Origin: Octopus vulgaris
Lineage: Eukaryota
Length of the DNA stretch: 64,000 bases
Reading direction: 5' to 3'
Assembly (NCBI GenBank): GCA_951406725.2
Contig: OX597825.1
Span: 37,324,001-37,388,000 of the forward strand
A program made the position numbers and the translations under genes. The notes below the pieces were generated by a model. That model was not told where the DNA came from, searched no databases, and saw nothing but the letters and a program-made list of their open reading frames with translations. Positions 28,873 through 40,972 of this stretch are shown one piece after another; position 1 is the stretch's first letter; the number at the start of each line of letters is the position of its first letter.

Positions 28873-29024
28873 GAGAGATAGAGGGGGGAGAGAGAGAGAG
28901 AGAAGCGCAATAACGTTTGCTTCTATGCCGAATTATGATAAAACAATTTTACATTATACTGAAGAATGACATACATGTTGCAAATAATAAATACACAGAC
29001 AAAGGCACACGCACACATTATATT

Positions 29025-29176
<152 letters not shown>

Positions 29177-29728
29177 GATCTGAACTTGACCATTCAAACT
29201 GACAGAAAGATAGATGCGAATAGGCCGGACATCATATTGAAAGACTTCAGACAAAAATCATGCCTCCTTATTGATATAATTGTCCCAATCGATATAAACG
29301 TATCTGTCAAGACCTACCAAAAACTGAGCAAATATAAAGATCTTGAAATAGAAATTAGCAAAATGTTGAATCTGAAGACTAAAACAATACCTGTTGTCAT
29401 AGGTGCCCTGAGAATGATAGCAAAAGGGGTTGATTGCTACCTAGCTGAGATACCAGGGAACCCCAAAATGGCAGAAATTCAAGCGATAGCGCTCATGGGA
29501 ACTGCTCATATCCTACCAAAATACTTTCTATGTAATCTCAAGTTTTAAAACAAACATAATTTTCTTATGGTTTCTTAAACATTCTCTAGAACAACACTAT
29601 GTAGAAAATCAAATATATGACACCCTAGGCATAACACCAACATGAACTTCCAACTTGTCGTGTCTTGAGGTCTCTGGGTGAGAATTGGAGCCAACTTGTA
29701 CAAATACAAAGCAAAAGTCAAACATAAC
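29177..29728 (+). mobile_element. 5'-truncated R4/Dong-like LINE (RLE domain and 3' UTR) inside (TAA)n
   Basis: TIQTDRKIDANRPDIILKD..CLLIDIIVP...KLSKYKDLEIEI..IPVVIGAL; (TAA)n on both sides. Confidence 0.9.
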
Positions 29729-29794
<66 letters not shown>

Positions 29795-29798
29795 TTAG

Positions 29799-30005
29799 TC
29801 CTTTCTACTATAGGCACAAGGCCCGAAATTTGGAGGGCGGGGGTCTAGTTGATTATATCGACCCCAATGCGTAACTGATACTTATTTCAGGGACCACGAA
29901 AGATAAAAGGCAAAGTCGGCGGAATTTTGAATTAGAACGTGAAGACGGTTTACATGCCGTTAAGCATTTTTTCCGGCGTGCTAACGATTCTGCCAGTTCG
30001 CGGCA
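29799..30005 (-). mobile_element. SINE family A
   Basis: Similar to the other family A copies. Confidence 0.85.
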
Positions 30006-30048
30006 CTCTTTAATAATGATAATAATGATAATAATGATAATAATAATG

Positions 30049-30088
<40 letters not shown>

Positions 30089-30576
30089 TAATAATAAGTA
30101 GTAATAGTGCTGATAATCTATCTATCTATCTACACACACACACACACTCAAAGAGTTCAACCAACACAAACCTCACCTCTATTGTTAACCAAATATGAAA
30201 GTATTATTTGACAGGCAAGAACTCTGGCATTGAAGACAGTCAGCCAGCCAACCACCAAGCCAGCCAACGAGACAGACAGACACTACTGTGATGGTGATAA
30301 GGATAAAAAAAAAAAATAACAATAATAAGATACTGCTGTGACTACACATAAAACAATATCATTGATGATGATGGTGGTGATGGTGATGGTGATGATGATA
30401 ATGATGATGGTAATGGTGGTGATAATGATGATAGTGATAATAATGGTGATGATAATAACAATAATAAGCCGACTACGGCTGCTATAATGGTACGGTTATA
30501 ATTGTAACAGCAATGATGGCCGTCTCCCCACGAGCCAACCAAAGCTAAAAAATGATAACATTATCGTAGCATCAAA

Positions 30577-31383
30577 ATGTTTTTGGAAACTAAAAGGAAA
30601 ACTAAATCAGTATACCAAATCGCTTGTCCTATGGTTAATCTGGAAGCGCGTCCCCCAGGGAAGAGCCAGCCTGGGACCGAAAAGTCATCAACTGGCACAA
30701 ACTCTTCTCCGAATACGGACATGGATGGTCACTTGAACGGGAAATCCCCCAACTCGAGCCCTCCAAGTTCACCACCACAACCACCACAGAAAGAAAAATG
30801 TAAGCGGAACAAATGGACCCGAGAAGAGTATAAAGAAGTAATATACGCTTATTACTATGCATTAGGTAGGCCATCTCAAGAGAGACACACCGCAAACTCT
30901 TACAGTATATGGAGAACACGGAATCAAGACAGTAGGCCCTATTTGGACGAGAACAAATTAGCAAATGTGAGGAGGGATATCCTTAGAAATAACAGACTCA
31001 CAGACAGTGAAATAAGCGCGATCAAGCACGCAACGGAAAATGACATAAATATAAGACACAAAGGAAATGAAGAATCAGATGAACAGTATAGCCCGCCACG
31101 AGGCTTAATTGAAAGACTGCCATCTGACCAAAGTACGCAAAGGCCTGAAGATACAAGAAATTCTATTGTACCTGTTAAAGATAGCCAGGAAAACGAAAAA
31201 ATAACAGTAACTGAAGATCTCGCATTTGCTGAAGAACACAGAGAGTCTATGGCAGAAATGAGGCAGAAAATCCTGAATACGCTTGAAGTTGTAAGACATA
31301 CAAGTATGAATGATAGAGAACCACTTCATAAACTCTCAAATACAAACCAAAATAAAAAAAAATCCAAATTGGCAACTATGTAA
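30577..31383 (+). CDS. N-terminal portion of the Dong-like ORF (likely start ATG 30631); continues in the -1 frame at the A9 run 31354-31362
   Basis: KRNKWTREEYKEVIYAYY and LANVRRDILRNN are typical of R4/Dong N-termini; the -1 frame from 31362 is open (IQIGNYVTNEIIRELKPDFTELNEIIYASARAIETSC) into 31473. Confidence 0.8.
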   Translation: MFLETKRKTKSVYQIACPMVNLEARPPGKSQPGTEKSSTGTNSSPNTDMDGHLNGKSPNSSPPSSPPQPPQKEKCKRNKWTREEYKEVIYAYYYALGRPSQERHTANSYSIWRTRNQDSRPYLDENKLANVRRDILRNNRLTDSEISAIKHATENDINIRHKGNEESDEQYSPPRGLIERLPSDQSTQRPEDTRNSIVPVKDSQENEKITVTEDLAFAEEHRESMAEMRQKILNTLEVVRHTSMNDREPLHKLSNTNQNKKKSKLATM

Positions 31384-31472
31384 CAAATGAAATAATACGA
31401 GAATTAAAACCTGATTTTACTGAGTTAAATGAAATTATTTACGCTTCTGCTAGGGCAATTGAAACCAGCTGT

Positions 31473-34265
31473 ATGCCCCCGAAAAAACAAAGAAAACAAA
31501 ACCTGGGAAGAAATCAAACCTGGAGAAGTAAAATTGAAAAAGAGATTGAATTTATGAGAGGGGAAATATCAATATTAAATGAACTAATATGTGGAAATGA
31601 TGTAAGATCCAGAACAGGAAGAAAGATGAAGAGAAAATTTGGATCCTCACCAAGAGAAGAACTGATATCAATAAAAGAAACGCTGAAACAAAAAGTCAAA
31701 GCAAAAGCCCAAAGAATACGAAGATTTGAGAAGAGAAACAAGTTTTACAAGCAAAATAAGCTGTTCACATCCAATGCCAAAAAATTCTACAGAGAAATAG
31801 GGAAGGAGAAAGTAACCGTTAAAGACCCCCCTCCCATGGAAGAAGTTCAAAACTTTTGGAAAAGGATTTGGAGTGACAAGAAGACGTACAACATAAATGC
31901 AGACTGGATTATACAAACTGAAGGATCCTACCAAAGTTTACAACAACAAGCATGGGAAGACATCACAATAACAGACCTAAGAAAGGCACTCACGAAGGCC
32001 CATAATTGGAAATCCCCCGGTAAAGATAGGGTGCCGAATTTCTGGCTCGCATCGCTCCCATGCGCACACGGTAAGCTAGTTCAGCTGCTCAATGGAATTA
32101 TGAGAGACCCAAAGAAAACACCTGAATGGTTAGCAAGTGGCATTACTTACCTACTCCCAAAGAATAACGAAACCAACCTTCCAAAAAACTATCGGCCTAT
32201 AACCTGTCTATCCACCACGTATAAAATCCTAACATCTATCCTGGCGGAGAAAACATATGCATTCATGGAGAAGAACGATATTTTCCCCATTGAACGAAAA
32301 GGGTGCCGCCGAGGCTCTTACGGATGCAAAGATCAACTGCTAATCAATCGTATGATCCTTGAGAACTGTCACAACAAGCGCAGAAATCTCAGCACCGCAT
32401 GGATTGACTATAAAAAGGCCTTCGACAGTATACCGCATCCATGGATCTTGAGATCGCTGGACATCTTCAAAATTTCCCCTGTGATTTCAAACTTCCTGAA
32501 GCACAATATGTCGTTGTGGAATACGAATCTCCAATTATACCACTCTAATGGAGTACTTGCCTCAGAAAATATAAACATCAACTGTGGAATTTTTCAAGGT
32601 GACTCACTTTCACCTTTAAAATTCTGCATAGCCCTAATACCCCTTACAAGTGAATTAAACAGAACAGGGTATGGGTATAAAATTGCCAATAAAAAAATAA
32701 GCTATCTATTTTATATGGATGACTTAAAACTTTATGGTAAAGACAATAATGAACTTGAAGGCCTATTGTGCACTGTGAAAGCATTCAGCGATGACATCGG
32801 GATGGAGTTTGGACTTGAGAAGTGTGCCAAGGCCACTTTCCAGAAAGGGAAAGTGAAGACCACAAATTCAGTCGTGTTAGATGTTGACACAGTCATAAGA
32901 GAGCTTGAGCAAGAACAAACATACAAATATTTAGGGATAAATGAAGGCTCTGGTATTCAGCATGCAAGCATGAAAGAGAAAATCAGGAAGGAATGTTATA
33001 GGAGAGTTCGTGCAGTCCTGAAATCTGAACTAAATGCACGTAACAAGGTGTTAGCTATAAATTCCTTAGCAGTTCCAGTTGTTACTTATAGCTACAATGT
33101 GTTGAACTGGAATATGAGTGAAGTAAAGAATATAGATAGGAAAATACGCAAGCTGCTGAGTTGTAATAGGATGCACCACCCAAAGGCAGACGTAGATCGC
33201 CTTTACCTTCCCAGAGCCCAAGGAGGTCGAGGCCTGATCCAATTTGAACTAGCTTACAAAACAACCACAATTGGACTGGCCAAATATCTCGAAATATCGA
33301 ATGACTGGATGCTAAAGCTCGTGGAAAATCACGAGAGACGAAAGAAGCTTCATTCTATTATAAAGGAAAGCAAAAAATTTACTATTGATCTCGTGCAGGA
33401 TACCCAAACAGAACAACCCGAGGGAAGTACGGCAACTATTGTTGCAAAGAAGGTGAAAATAATGGCAACGAAAAAAGCGCACGAGCAATTGGCTGATAGG
33501 TGGGAGGAGAAACCTCTGCACGGCAAATATGTGACCCGCAGCAAACAAGCTGATGTTGACCAGAAGCAAACCCATCAGTGGCTACGGAGCTCAGGGCTAA
33601 AAGCAGAGAGCGAAGGTTTCATCCTGGCTGCTCAAGATCAAAGCCTATTAACCCGGATCTACCAGGCCAATGTGATGAAAAATGGAGCAGCCCCAAAATG
33701 CCGATTCTGCAACGACATGATTGAAACAGTGGACCACCTAATCTCTGGATGTAAAGTCTTAGCTCCAGTGGAGTATAAATTAAGACATGACAGAGTTGGC
33801 CAATATCTCCACTGGCTAATAAGTCGGCATTACAATATCAAAACTGCCGACAAGTGGTATAATCACCACCCTGAGGCTGTAACTGAAGGAGAAAATGTAA
33901 CCATTCTGTGGGACTTTCCAGTACATACAGACCGAACCATCAAGGCCAATAAACCAGATATTGTTGTGAAAGACCAAAACAATAAAGTTTGCTTATTGAT
34001 CGACATGAGCATCCCCTGTGATCATAATATCTCAGCGAAAGAGTTTGACAAGCTCAGAAAATACAAAGACCTACTCATTGAAATTGAGAAAATGTGGCAT
34101 CTCAAGGCGGTTACAATACCAGTGATCGTAGGAGCACTAGGAATGATCAAGAAGGGAACCGAAAATTATATGAGAATGATCCCTGGCTTACCATCCCTAC
34201 AAGAAGTGCAAAAGATTGTCTTAACTGGTACATCACATGTATTGAGAAGAGCATTGTCGATGTGA
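31473..34265 (+). CDS. Reverse transcriptase + CCHC zinc knuckle + restriction-like endonuclease
   Basis: NWKSPGKD, NYRPITCL, WIDYKKAFDS, GIFQGDSLSP, YMDD at 32712-32723, CRFC..ETVDHLISGC, RHD, KPDIVV..LIDMSIP..KY. Confidence 0.95.
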   Translation: MPPKKQRKQNLGRNQTWRSKIEKEIEFMRGEISILNELICGNDVRSRTGRKMKRKFGSSPREELISIKETLKQKVKAKAQRIRRFEKRNKFYKQNKLFTSNAKKFYREIGKEKVTVKDPPPMEEVQNFWKRIWSDKKTYNINADWIIQTEGSYQSLQQQAWEDITITDLRKALTKAHNWKSPGKDRVPNFWLASLPCAHGKLVQLLNGIMRDPKKTPEWLASGITYLLPKNNETNLPKNYRPITCLSTTYKILTSILAEKTYAFMEKNDIFPIERKGCRRGSYGCKDQLLINRMILENCHNKRRNLSTAWIDYKKAFDSIPHPWILRSLDIFKISPVISNFLKHNMSLWNTNLQLYHSNGVLASENININCGIFQGDSLSPLKFCIALIPLTSELNRTGYGYKIANKKISYLFYMDDLKLYGKDNNELEGLLCTVKAFSDDIGMEFGLEKCAKATFQKGKVKTTNSVVLDVDTVIRELEQEQTYKYLGINEGSGIQHASMKEKIRKECYRRVRAVLKSELNARNKVLAINSLAVPVVTYSYNVLNWNMSEVKNIDRKIRKLLSCNRMHHPKADVDRLYLPRAQGGRGLIQFELAYKTTTIGLAKYLEISNDWMLKLVENHERRKKLHSIIKESKKFTIDLVQDTQTEQPEGSTATIVAKKVKIMATKKAHEQLADRWEEKPLHGKYVTRSKQADVDQKQTHQWLRSSGLKAESEGFILAAQDQSLLTRIYQANVMKNGAAPKCRFCNDMIETVDHLISGCKVLAPVEYKLRHDRVGQYLHWLISRHYNIKTADKWYNHHPEAVTEGENVTILWDFPVHTDRTIKANKPDIVVKDQNNKVCLLIDMSIPCDHNISAKEFDKLRKYKDLLIEIEKMWHLKAVTIPVIVGALGMIKKGTENYMRMIPGLPSLQEVQKIVLTGTSHVLRRALSM

Positions 34266-34438
34266 GAACTGTTGCTGCTCAAGTATTTTAATTTAACTTT
34301 AAAAAAAAAAAAAAAAAATGAACGAACTACTGAGTTTGGTTTAATGGCCTACCAATGTATACTATGAGTTTCTTTGCCCTAGGAGTCGGGAAGACACTCG
34401 GCAAGAAATGGAAGCAAATTTGAAAGAAGAAAAAAAAA

Positions 34439-34440
<2 letters not shown>

Positions 34441-34487
<47 letters not shown>

Positions 34488-34550
34488 TAATAATAATAAT
34501 ATTAATACTAATACTAATACTAATAATAATAATAATAATAATAATAATGA
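34441..34550. repeat. (AAT)n 3' flank or target tract
   Basis: Seen directly. Confidence 0.95.
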
Positions 34551-34559
34551 TAAAAATTA

Positions 34560-35020
34560 TAATTTTTCTTTTAATGAAACCCTCCGCTGTTTTTCTGGGC
34601 ATGATGGAAAGTGTTGGTTGCCTACCGCCAACAGATTACGGTGACACTTGTTTACTGGTCACGCTTTAAAATCTCCGCGGAGAACTCTTGCAGTTACAAC
34701 CAATGCTGACTTTACATTTGTCGCAATCTTTTTAAACCACATTTGTAGTTAATTGCTGATACTTCCAAGCGCGCCAATTACTATTGGTATCCCATCCAAT
34801 CTCTTCATTGCCCACAACCTGCGTATTTCCCATTTCAATTCACCATTGTTATTAACTTTTTCTTCTACTTTCTCTTCGATCCTGTTGTCACTAGGACATG
34901 CAAGATTTTTTCTTTTCTGTTCAGTGTCAAGCTTCCGATTTCTAATTTAATGGCCATACTGAATCATTAGATCCCACAGGATTTAGTAATCTTCTGGGAT
35001 TTGGCCATAGCACATATTCG
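34560..35020 (-). mobile_element. Decayed Dong-like RLE fragment of another lineage
   Basis: Minus translation ILWDLMIQ...LACPSDNRIEEKVEEK...LKWEIRRLWAMKR..IPIVIGALG...KSALVVTARVLR; (TAA)n upstream on its own strand (35021-35157). Confidence 0.85.
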
Positions 35021-35021
35021 A

Positions 35022-35160
<139 letters not shown>

Positions 35161-35304
35161 TCATCATCATCATCACCACCACCACCACCACCACCACCAC
35201 CACCACCAAAACCACCACCACCACCAAAACCACCACTACCACCACCACCACCACCACCATCATCCTCAGCATCATCATCATCAGCAGCATTATTATTGAC
35301 TAAG

Positions 35305-35445
35305 AGGGCACTGCATGTCATCATAGTGACACTGGGTAAAATATACGAAGCTCAGTATACTCATCATGACTACTCGTCTGATAAAGATACACTAAGCATC
35401 ATATGTGCTCGACATGATGATCTCAAATCAAGATAAACAGTGCTT
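35305..35445 (-). mobile_element. Family E repeat fragment
   Basis: Reverse complement matches 7975-8105. Confidence 0.55.
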
Positions 35446-35935
35446 GAACGAAAATTTCACATTTCCATTTTGGACTTGCTGCATCCCTCCCTTCGGCTAA
35501 CTAATCCCTAGATTTCTGTAGGAGCGGGATCAAACTCTTTTAAATAATATAACATGTAACTACTACTAAATGTGTTCAGTGTTGCTTTCCTTCGTTTGTC
35601 TATTGATCGATATGTATGTATGTATGTATTATGTAAGTTACTGCACATTATTATCTAACCTCATCTGGAGGCGCAATCTGAACGGAGTAGTGCATACAAC
35701 CAACTGGTTGGTAATAAAAAATCCTAGACCGTAAAAATATAACATCACGAGTATGTAACCCCTGTCTAGATGAAATCCTGGAGTTCATCATTTCAAAGGA
35801 ACACATAATTAATCAACATTCTGAAGTAATTGCATTGTGCAATCATAAAATGCAAGCATCATTCTTAAAATACGAGCAGAACATTATGAAAAAGAAACAC
35901 TAACCATCATTAACATCTAACAGAACAAGAGAAGT

Positions 35936-36320
35936 ACGCAGGAGTGGCTGTGTGGTAAGTAGCTTGTTTACTAACCACATGGTTCCAGGTTCAGTCCCAC
36001 TGCGTGGCACCTTCGGCAAGTGTCTTCTACTATAGCCTCGGGCCGGCCTAAGCCTTGTGAGTGGATTTGGTAGACGGAAACTGAAAGAAGCCTGTCGTAT
36101 ATATGTATATATGTGTGCGTGTGTATGTGTTTATTCCTCCCAACATCGCTTGACAACCGATGCTGGTGTGTTTAAATCCCCGTAACTTAGCGGTTCGGCA
36201 AAAGAAACCGATAGAATAAGTACTAGGCTTAAAATAATAATCCTGGGGTCGATTTGCTCGGCTAAAGGCGGTGCTCCAGCATGGCCGCAGTCAAATGACC
36301 GAAACAAGTAAAAGAGTAAA
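35936..36320 (+). mobile_element. SINE family B
   Basis: GCAGGAGTGGCTGTGTGGTAAG..GGTTCAGTCCCACTGCGTGGCACCTTCGGCAAGTGTC. Confidence 0.9.
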
Positions 36321-36821
36321 AGTGTAATAAACGAACTAAAGAAGAGCAATTATTCTCCTATGCTATGTCACTGTATCACAAGAATATCTCAATGGACCCT
36401 GTAAGAAAACACCATTTGTCAACTGAGACAATGAACTTCAACACCGAAACAAAATTTGCTTAGTGGCCCAACAGCATCTGAATTCATTGAAGTAGTGCCT
36501 GCTATGACCAAGATCAAACCAATAACTTATACTCCCAATCCCAACATGTATATAAGATGGATGACCACTTAGTGGCTAACTGGACATCCATTATACTAGA
36601 AGTGAAGCCCCTATGGTCTTACCACTAAGAAAGGAATGTTCTCAAGAAAATTTAGCAAACGCCAGGACGTAGGGGAACAAGACAAATGAAAAGATACAAA
36701 ATATACAGATTAATCACAAACGATTGGACTGCGATTGCACAGAAAAATTTGAAAAGTTAGTTCGTATAAACACGAGACGGGTAGCGGTGCTTGTCTTCTG
36801 CTTTATATGTTTAACCCTAGG

Positions 36822-36900
36822 CTGGACCTCGCCGAAGAAGATCAGACCTTGCGAGTTCCCCCGACTTGCTAAAAGAAGATCAGAAACCAATTTGGTCCGG
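36822..36900 (+). ncRNA. Possible degenerate hammerhead with extended stem II
   Basis: CTGGACC/GGTCCGG stem, CCGAAGA-A-GATC...GATC-A-GAAAC, inner hairpin GCGAGTT/GACTTGC. Confidence 0.4.
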
Positions 36901-37170
36901 GGTACTAGATGGTAAATGTTTTTCATTTCCAAATTTATTCCTATCGAATTTTTTCCGTTATTTTTGTGGTTTATAGAACCTAGCTGTTCTCTCTAATGTG
37001 TTGAATTTCACGCTAAGTGAAATTCCTTATGTGTATAAATATGCACTATATCGTATAACTAATATATAGTCTTCTTGACTAATTTTTTTGCACGTTAGAC
37101 CACTGGAAATGTAAATTTTGATTGAATATTTTAAATTTAATTAAATTCCATTTCCCTTTGATATGATTAA

Positions 37171-37207
<37 letters not shown>

Positions 37208-37212
37208 TATAT

Positions 37213-38038
37213 CGCTTCTCTACCTCTCTTACCTCCACTCCCCTCGATCTGTCTCTTTCTTCTCCTCCCCTATCCACCTTCTCTCTCTCCTCATCTGTCC
37301 CTTTCTCCTGTTTTTTGTCCTCACGTGACCGCTAGCCACTGCTGGGCGGCCTTTTCGTACCAGCAGTCGTTGAAGCAACACGTTTTTGTTTGTCTCCCGC
37401 GGCCATAAGGCACAACTCCATAAGCCAGCCCCAACTCAACTCGTCCTGTCGAAAGACCCTTGTCCTACGTCCTAGTTTTGTTTTTTATCCTTACCGTTAT
37501 TGTTTTTACGTGTTTGTATTCTTATTCGTGCTTTCCTTATTGTTTTCACGTATTTCTGTATTTTTATTCGTGTACATCATTCGTTTTCCGTCCTTGTGTT
37601 GTATACATTCGAAGCTTTCTTCCAAGGGATCTAATGCGCTAGGCTTAGATTTCCCTTGGGGGCTGCCCAGGTCGGAGCAATCTCAAGATTAATCAGCCGA
37701 AATTGCGAAGATGATCTGGTTCTTGACTGATGACTGAGGGCTTCGAATGTCCCGTCCTGTGGTTCTTGTGTCGTCTCCTAGGTGTTTCACGTTCTTGTCC
37801 CAGTTTGTATATATTTTTTACTTTTTTACATATATAATGGCGGCTTCTGTATCCATACCTCTGTCCTTATACGTAAGTATATTTTCTCTAACATTGGTAC
37901 GACTCTTGATCTGTCTCTTTCTCTCTCTCTTCTTCTCCCTTATTCCCCTTCTTTCTCTCTTCATCCGTCCCCCCTCCTACGCTTCTCTACCTCTCTTACC
38001 TCCACTCCCCTCGATCTGTCTCTTTCTTCTCCTCCCCT
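37213..38038 (+). mobile_element. Unclassified element with exact 59-bp terminal direct repeats between (TA)n tracts
   Basis: 37213-37271 is identical to 37980-38038. Confidence 0.65.
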
Positions 38039-38123
38039 TTTTGTATATATTTTTTACTTTTTACATATATATATATATATACATACATATATACATACAT
38101 ATATACATACATACATACATACA

Positions 38124-38157
<34 letters not shown>

Positions 38158-39571
38158 GACGCATCAGCACAGACACAAAGCCACACACAGAGGGAGCGAT
38201 TTGACTGCGGCTACCCACTTAAAATATACCCACACTATCCAACGAGATGTACACTCGAATGCTGCTAGTTGAAGCAGTAGCAGCCGTAGATACAGGAACA
38301 GAACCAGCACCGCTGCCAACATCGCCACAGTTAACAACATTAACAACAATAACAATAACAGCATCAGTGACAGCATTGGCAGTTGCCCCAACGGCATTGA
38401 TAGCAACAACAGCAACATCGCCATCAGTACCAACAGCTTCCCTAACGTCGACTATAGCAGACCTGACACTTCCTATAGCAGCAGCAGCAGCAACAGCAGC
38501 CGTTCAAGAATTTGGACCTGGAGATCTCCATTTCCAGCGACTTCGAGGGCCACCTCCTAGTAGTGCCGGGCGTCAACGAAGAGCCCTCGACTACAGCAAG
38601 ACGACCAATTTTTTTTTCCAAGCTCTGGGGTCTCCCGCCTCTAAACACTAGACCATCACTTAATCACCCTTACCCGTCTTGTTGCTTAACAACAACAACA
38701 TCAGCAGCAGGTCCAGTGCCACCTTCAGCAATAACGGCCATAATAGCACTAAAGGCGACAGTAGCCCTAGCAGAACCACCAGCAGAAGCACCAGCAGAAG
38801 CACCAGCAGCAATAGCAACTCTCCCACAAATGGCAAAGACCACAATAACAACAACATTACTTTCACCATCCCCTTCAGTGGCGATACCATTACCGAGGCC
38901 AACACCACCGCCTCCAGTGATGCCGACACCAGCAGTTCCTGACGTTGCGGCAGTAACGATTGCAACACCAGCAGATACAGACACAGCGCCGACAACACCC
39001 ACCCGCGGAGATACAGTGGTTGTTCAAGAAACACATTCAAGCAACATCTCATCAACCACAGGTCCTCCTTCAGAGTTCCGGAAAGGAGATACGTAACATC
39101 ACTGGCCAGCTGTGTCTGGCAACTGAGAGACTATGGGATTCTATACGCGACCTCATAGAAATTTCTCGAGAATCCACGCCCCTACATCAAAACGTTGCAA
39201 ATTATGCGTAATAGGACGCGTGAGAATCCTGAAAAACTCCCTCGAACCAGGGAACATCCTTAACTCGAGAACGGAGTATTTCAGGTAATATTTACATTTT
39301 AGGAGGTTCCTGCTAGACTTTTAAAGCCCACAATATGGCGACACAGCCGGAAGTCGATAGCCGATAGCCAAAGAAGATGATCCCCATTGTTACCTTTGAG
39401 TAATGAAGCATTTCCCCTCCATATTTTAAAGAGAAAATAGGCCATAAAACTAAACCTTTTGTGGACAGGAAACTTAAGGTAAACTCATAAACCGGCCTCC
39501 TCCATTTTAATTTATACTGCTCTATACCATAAAGTGTGCCTCCTCTTTCGGATTTATGTTTCACAGACGTT

Positions 39572-39673
<102 letters not shown>

Positions 39674-39683
39674 ATCTACCTAC

Positions 39684-39775
<92 letters not shown>

Positions 39776-40134
39776 TTTCATATATATTTGTTATCATCTT
39801 CATGGAACATCTACATTTATATTACTATCTATCCATGTGAAACTCAATGAAATTTCTGTGAACATTTGATCATTTGACTGTTTAAACATGTCTTCCCGAA
39901 TTCTACCTTGTAAATAAAATTTTCCTAAACCCTTTATTTATTGATTTTTCGCAATTGACAAGCAAAACATTCTAGAAACCATATACGTAACATATACATT
40001 TACGAACATATACGTAAACATATACATTTACACATATATACACATGACAAAATTAAAAATCGACACGTTTTGAGATTCAGGTGCATTTGCAAAACACGGA
40101 ACAAACCATATTTTCTTCCTACAATTCTCCCCAA

Positions 40135-40230
<96 letters not shown>

Positions 40231-40824
40231 TTCTTTAGAATCAAAGCAACGCACGCTAAATAAATTTAAAATACAGTCAATGTTTTGTACAATTACCTTC
40301 TTCAGGAAATCTACGGAGAGATGTTATTAGCTGACACATACCAACAGCTTTTCTCCTTAGATATCCAGAAGAAAAGGTCCAAACCCTGAAATATTGCAAC
40401 TCCAGATAATGTCACCAAAGGTCGACCTGTATTTAAAGTAGCTTATGTTACTTTGCACTGGGGTTAAAAAATGTTTGAAACATTTATGTATATGAGACAA
40501 TGCTTCATGAAAAGACACGCAAAATGACACATAGACACGCTCATACGCTCACTACATAGACACTGAACTGCTGGTACAAATTTAAGCCCAAGTTCTCCAT
40601 TGTCATATATGTTAGGATGTCTGTGTGTGTGTGTTTGTGTATGACCAGCTTAGCTGGCCAAAACTTCTAAGTCACACCCAATCCTATTCTTGTCAAACGA
40701 ATAATAAATTTGTACTCTACAAACATTATTTTATAGTTGTTCAGATTAATGTAAAATTATTTTTAATATAACGGAATATAAAAATCTCCAAAACAAATAT
40801 ATATATATATATATGTTTATGTGT

Positions 40825-40972
<148 letters not shown>

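Larger units (their letters stand above)
30577..34440 (+). mobile_element. Near full-length R4/Dong-like RLE non-LTR retrotransposon ending on (TAA)n
   Basis: N-terminal ORF plus a 930-aa RT/CCHC/RLE ORF, a 175-nt 3' UTR, then (AAT)n at 34441-34550; 5' boundary uncertain. Confidence 0.92.

Noticed and set aside
30510-30680. Possible HDV-like ribozyme at the 5' end of the Dong-like element
   Set aside because: Could not assign the nested P1-P4 pseudoknot; only a simple hairpin near 30650-30678
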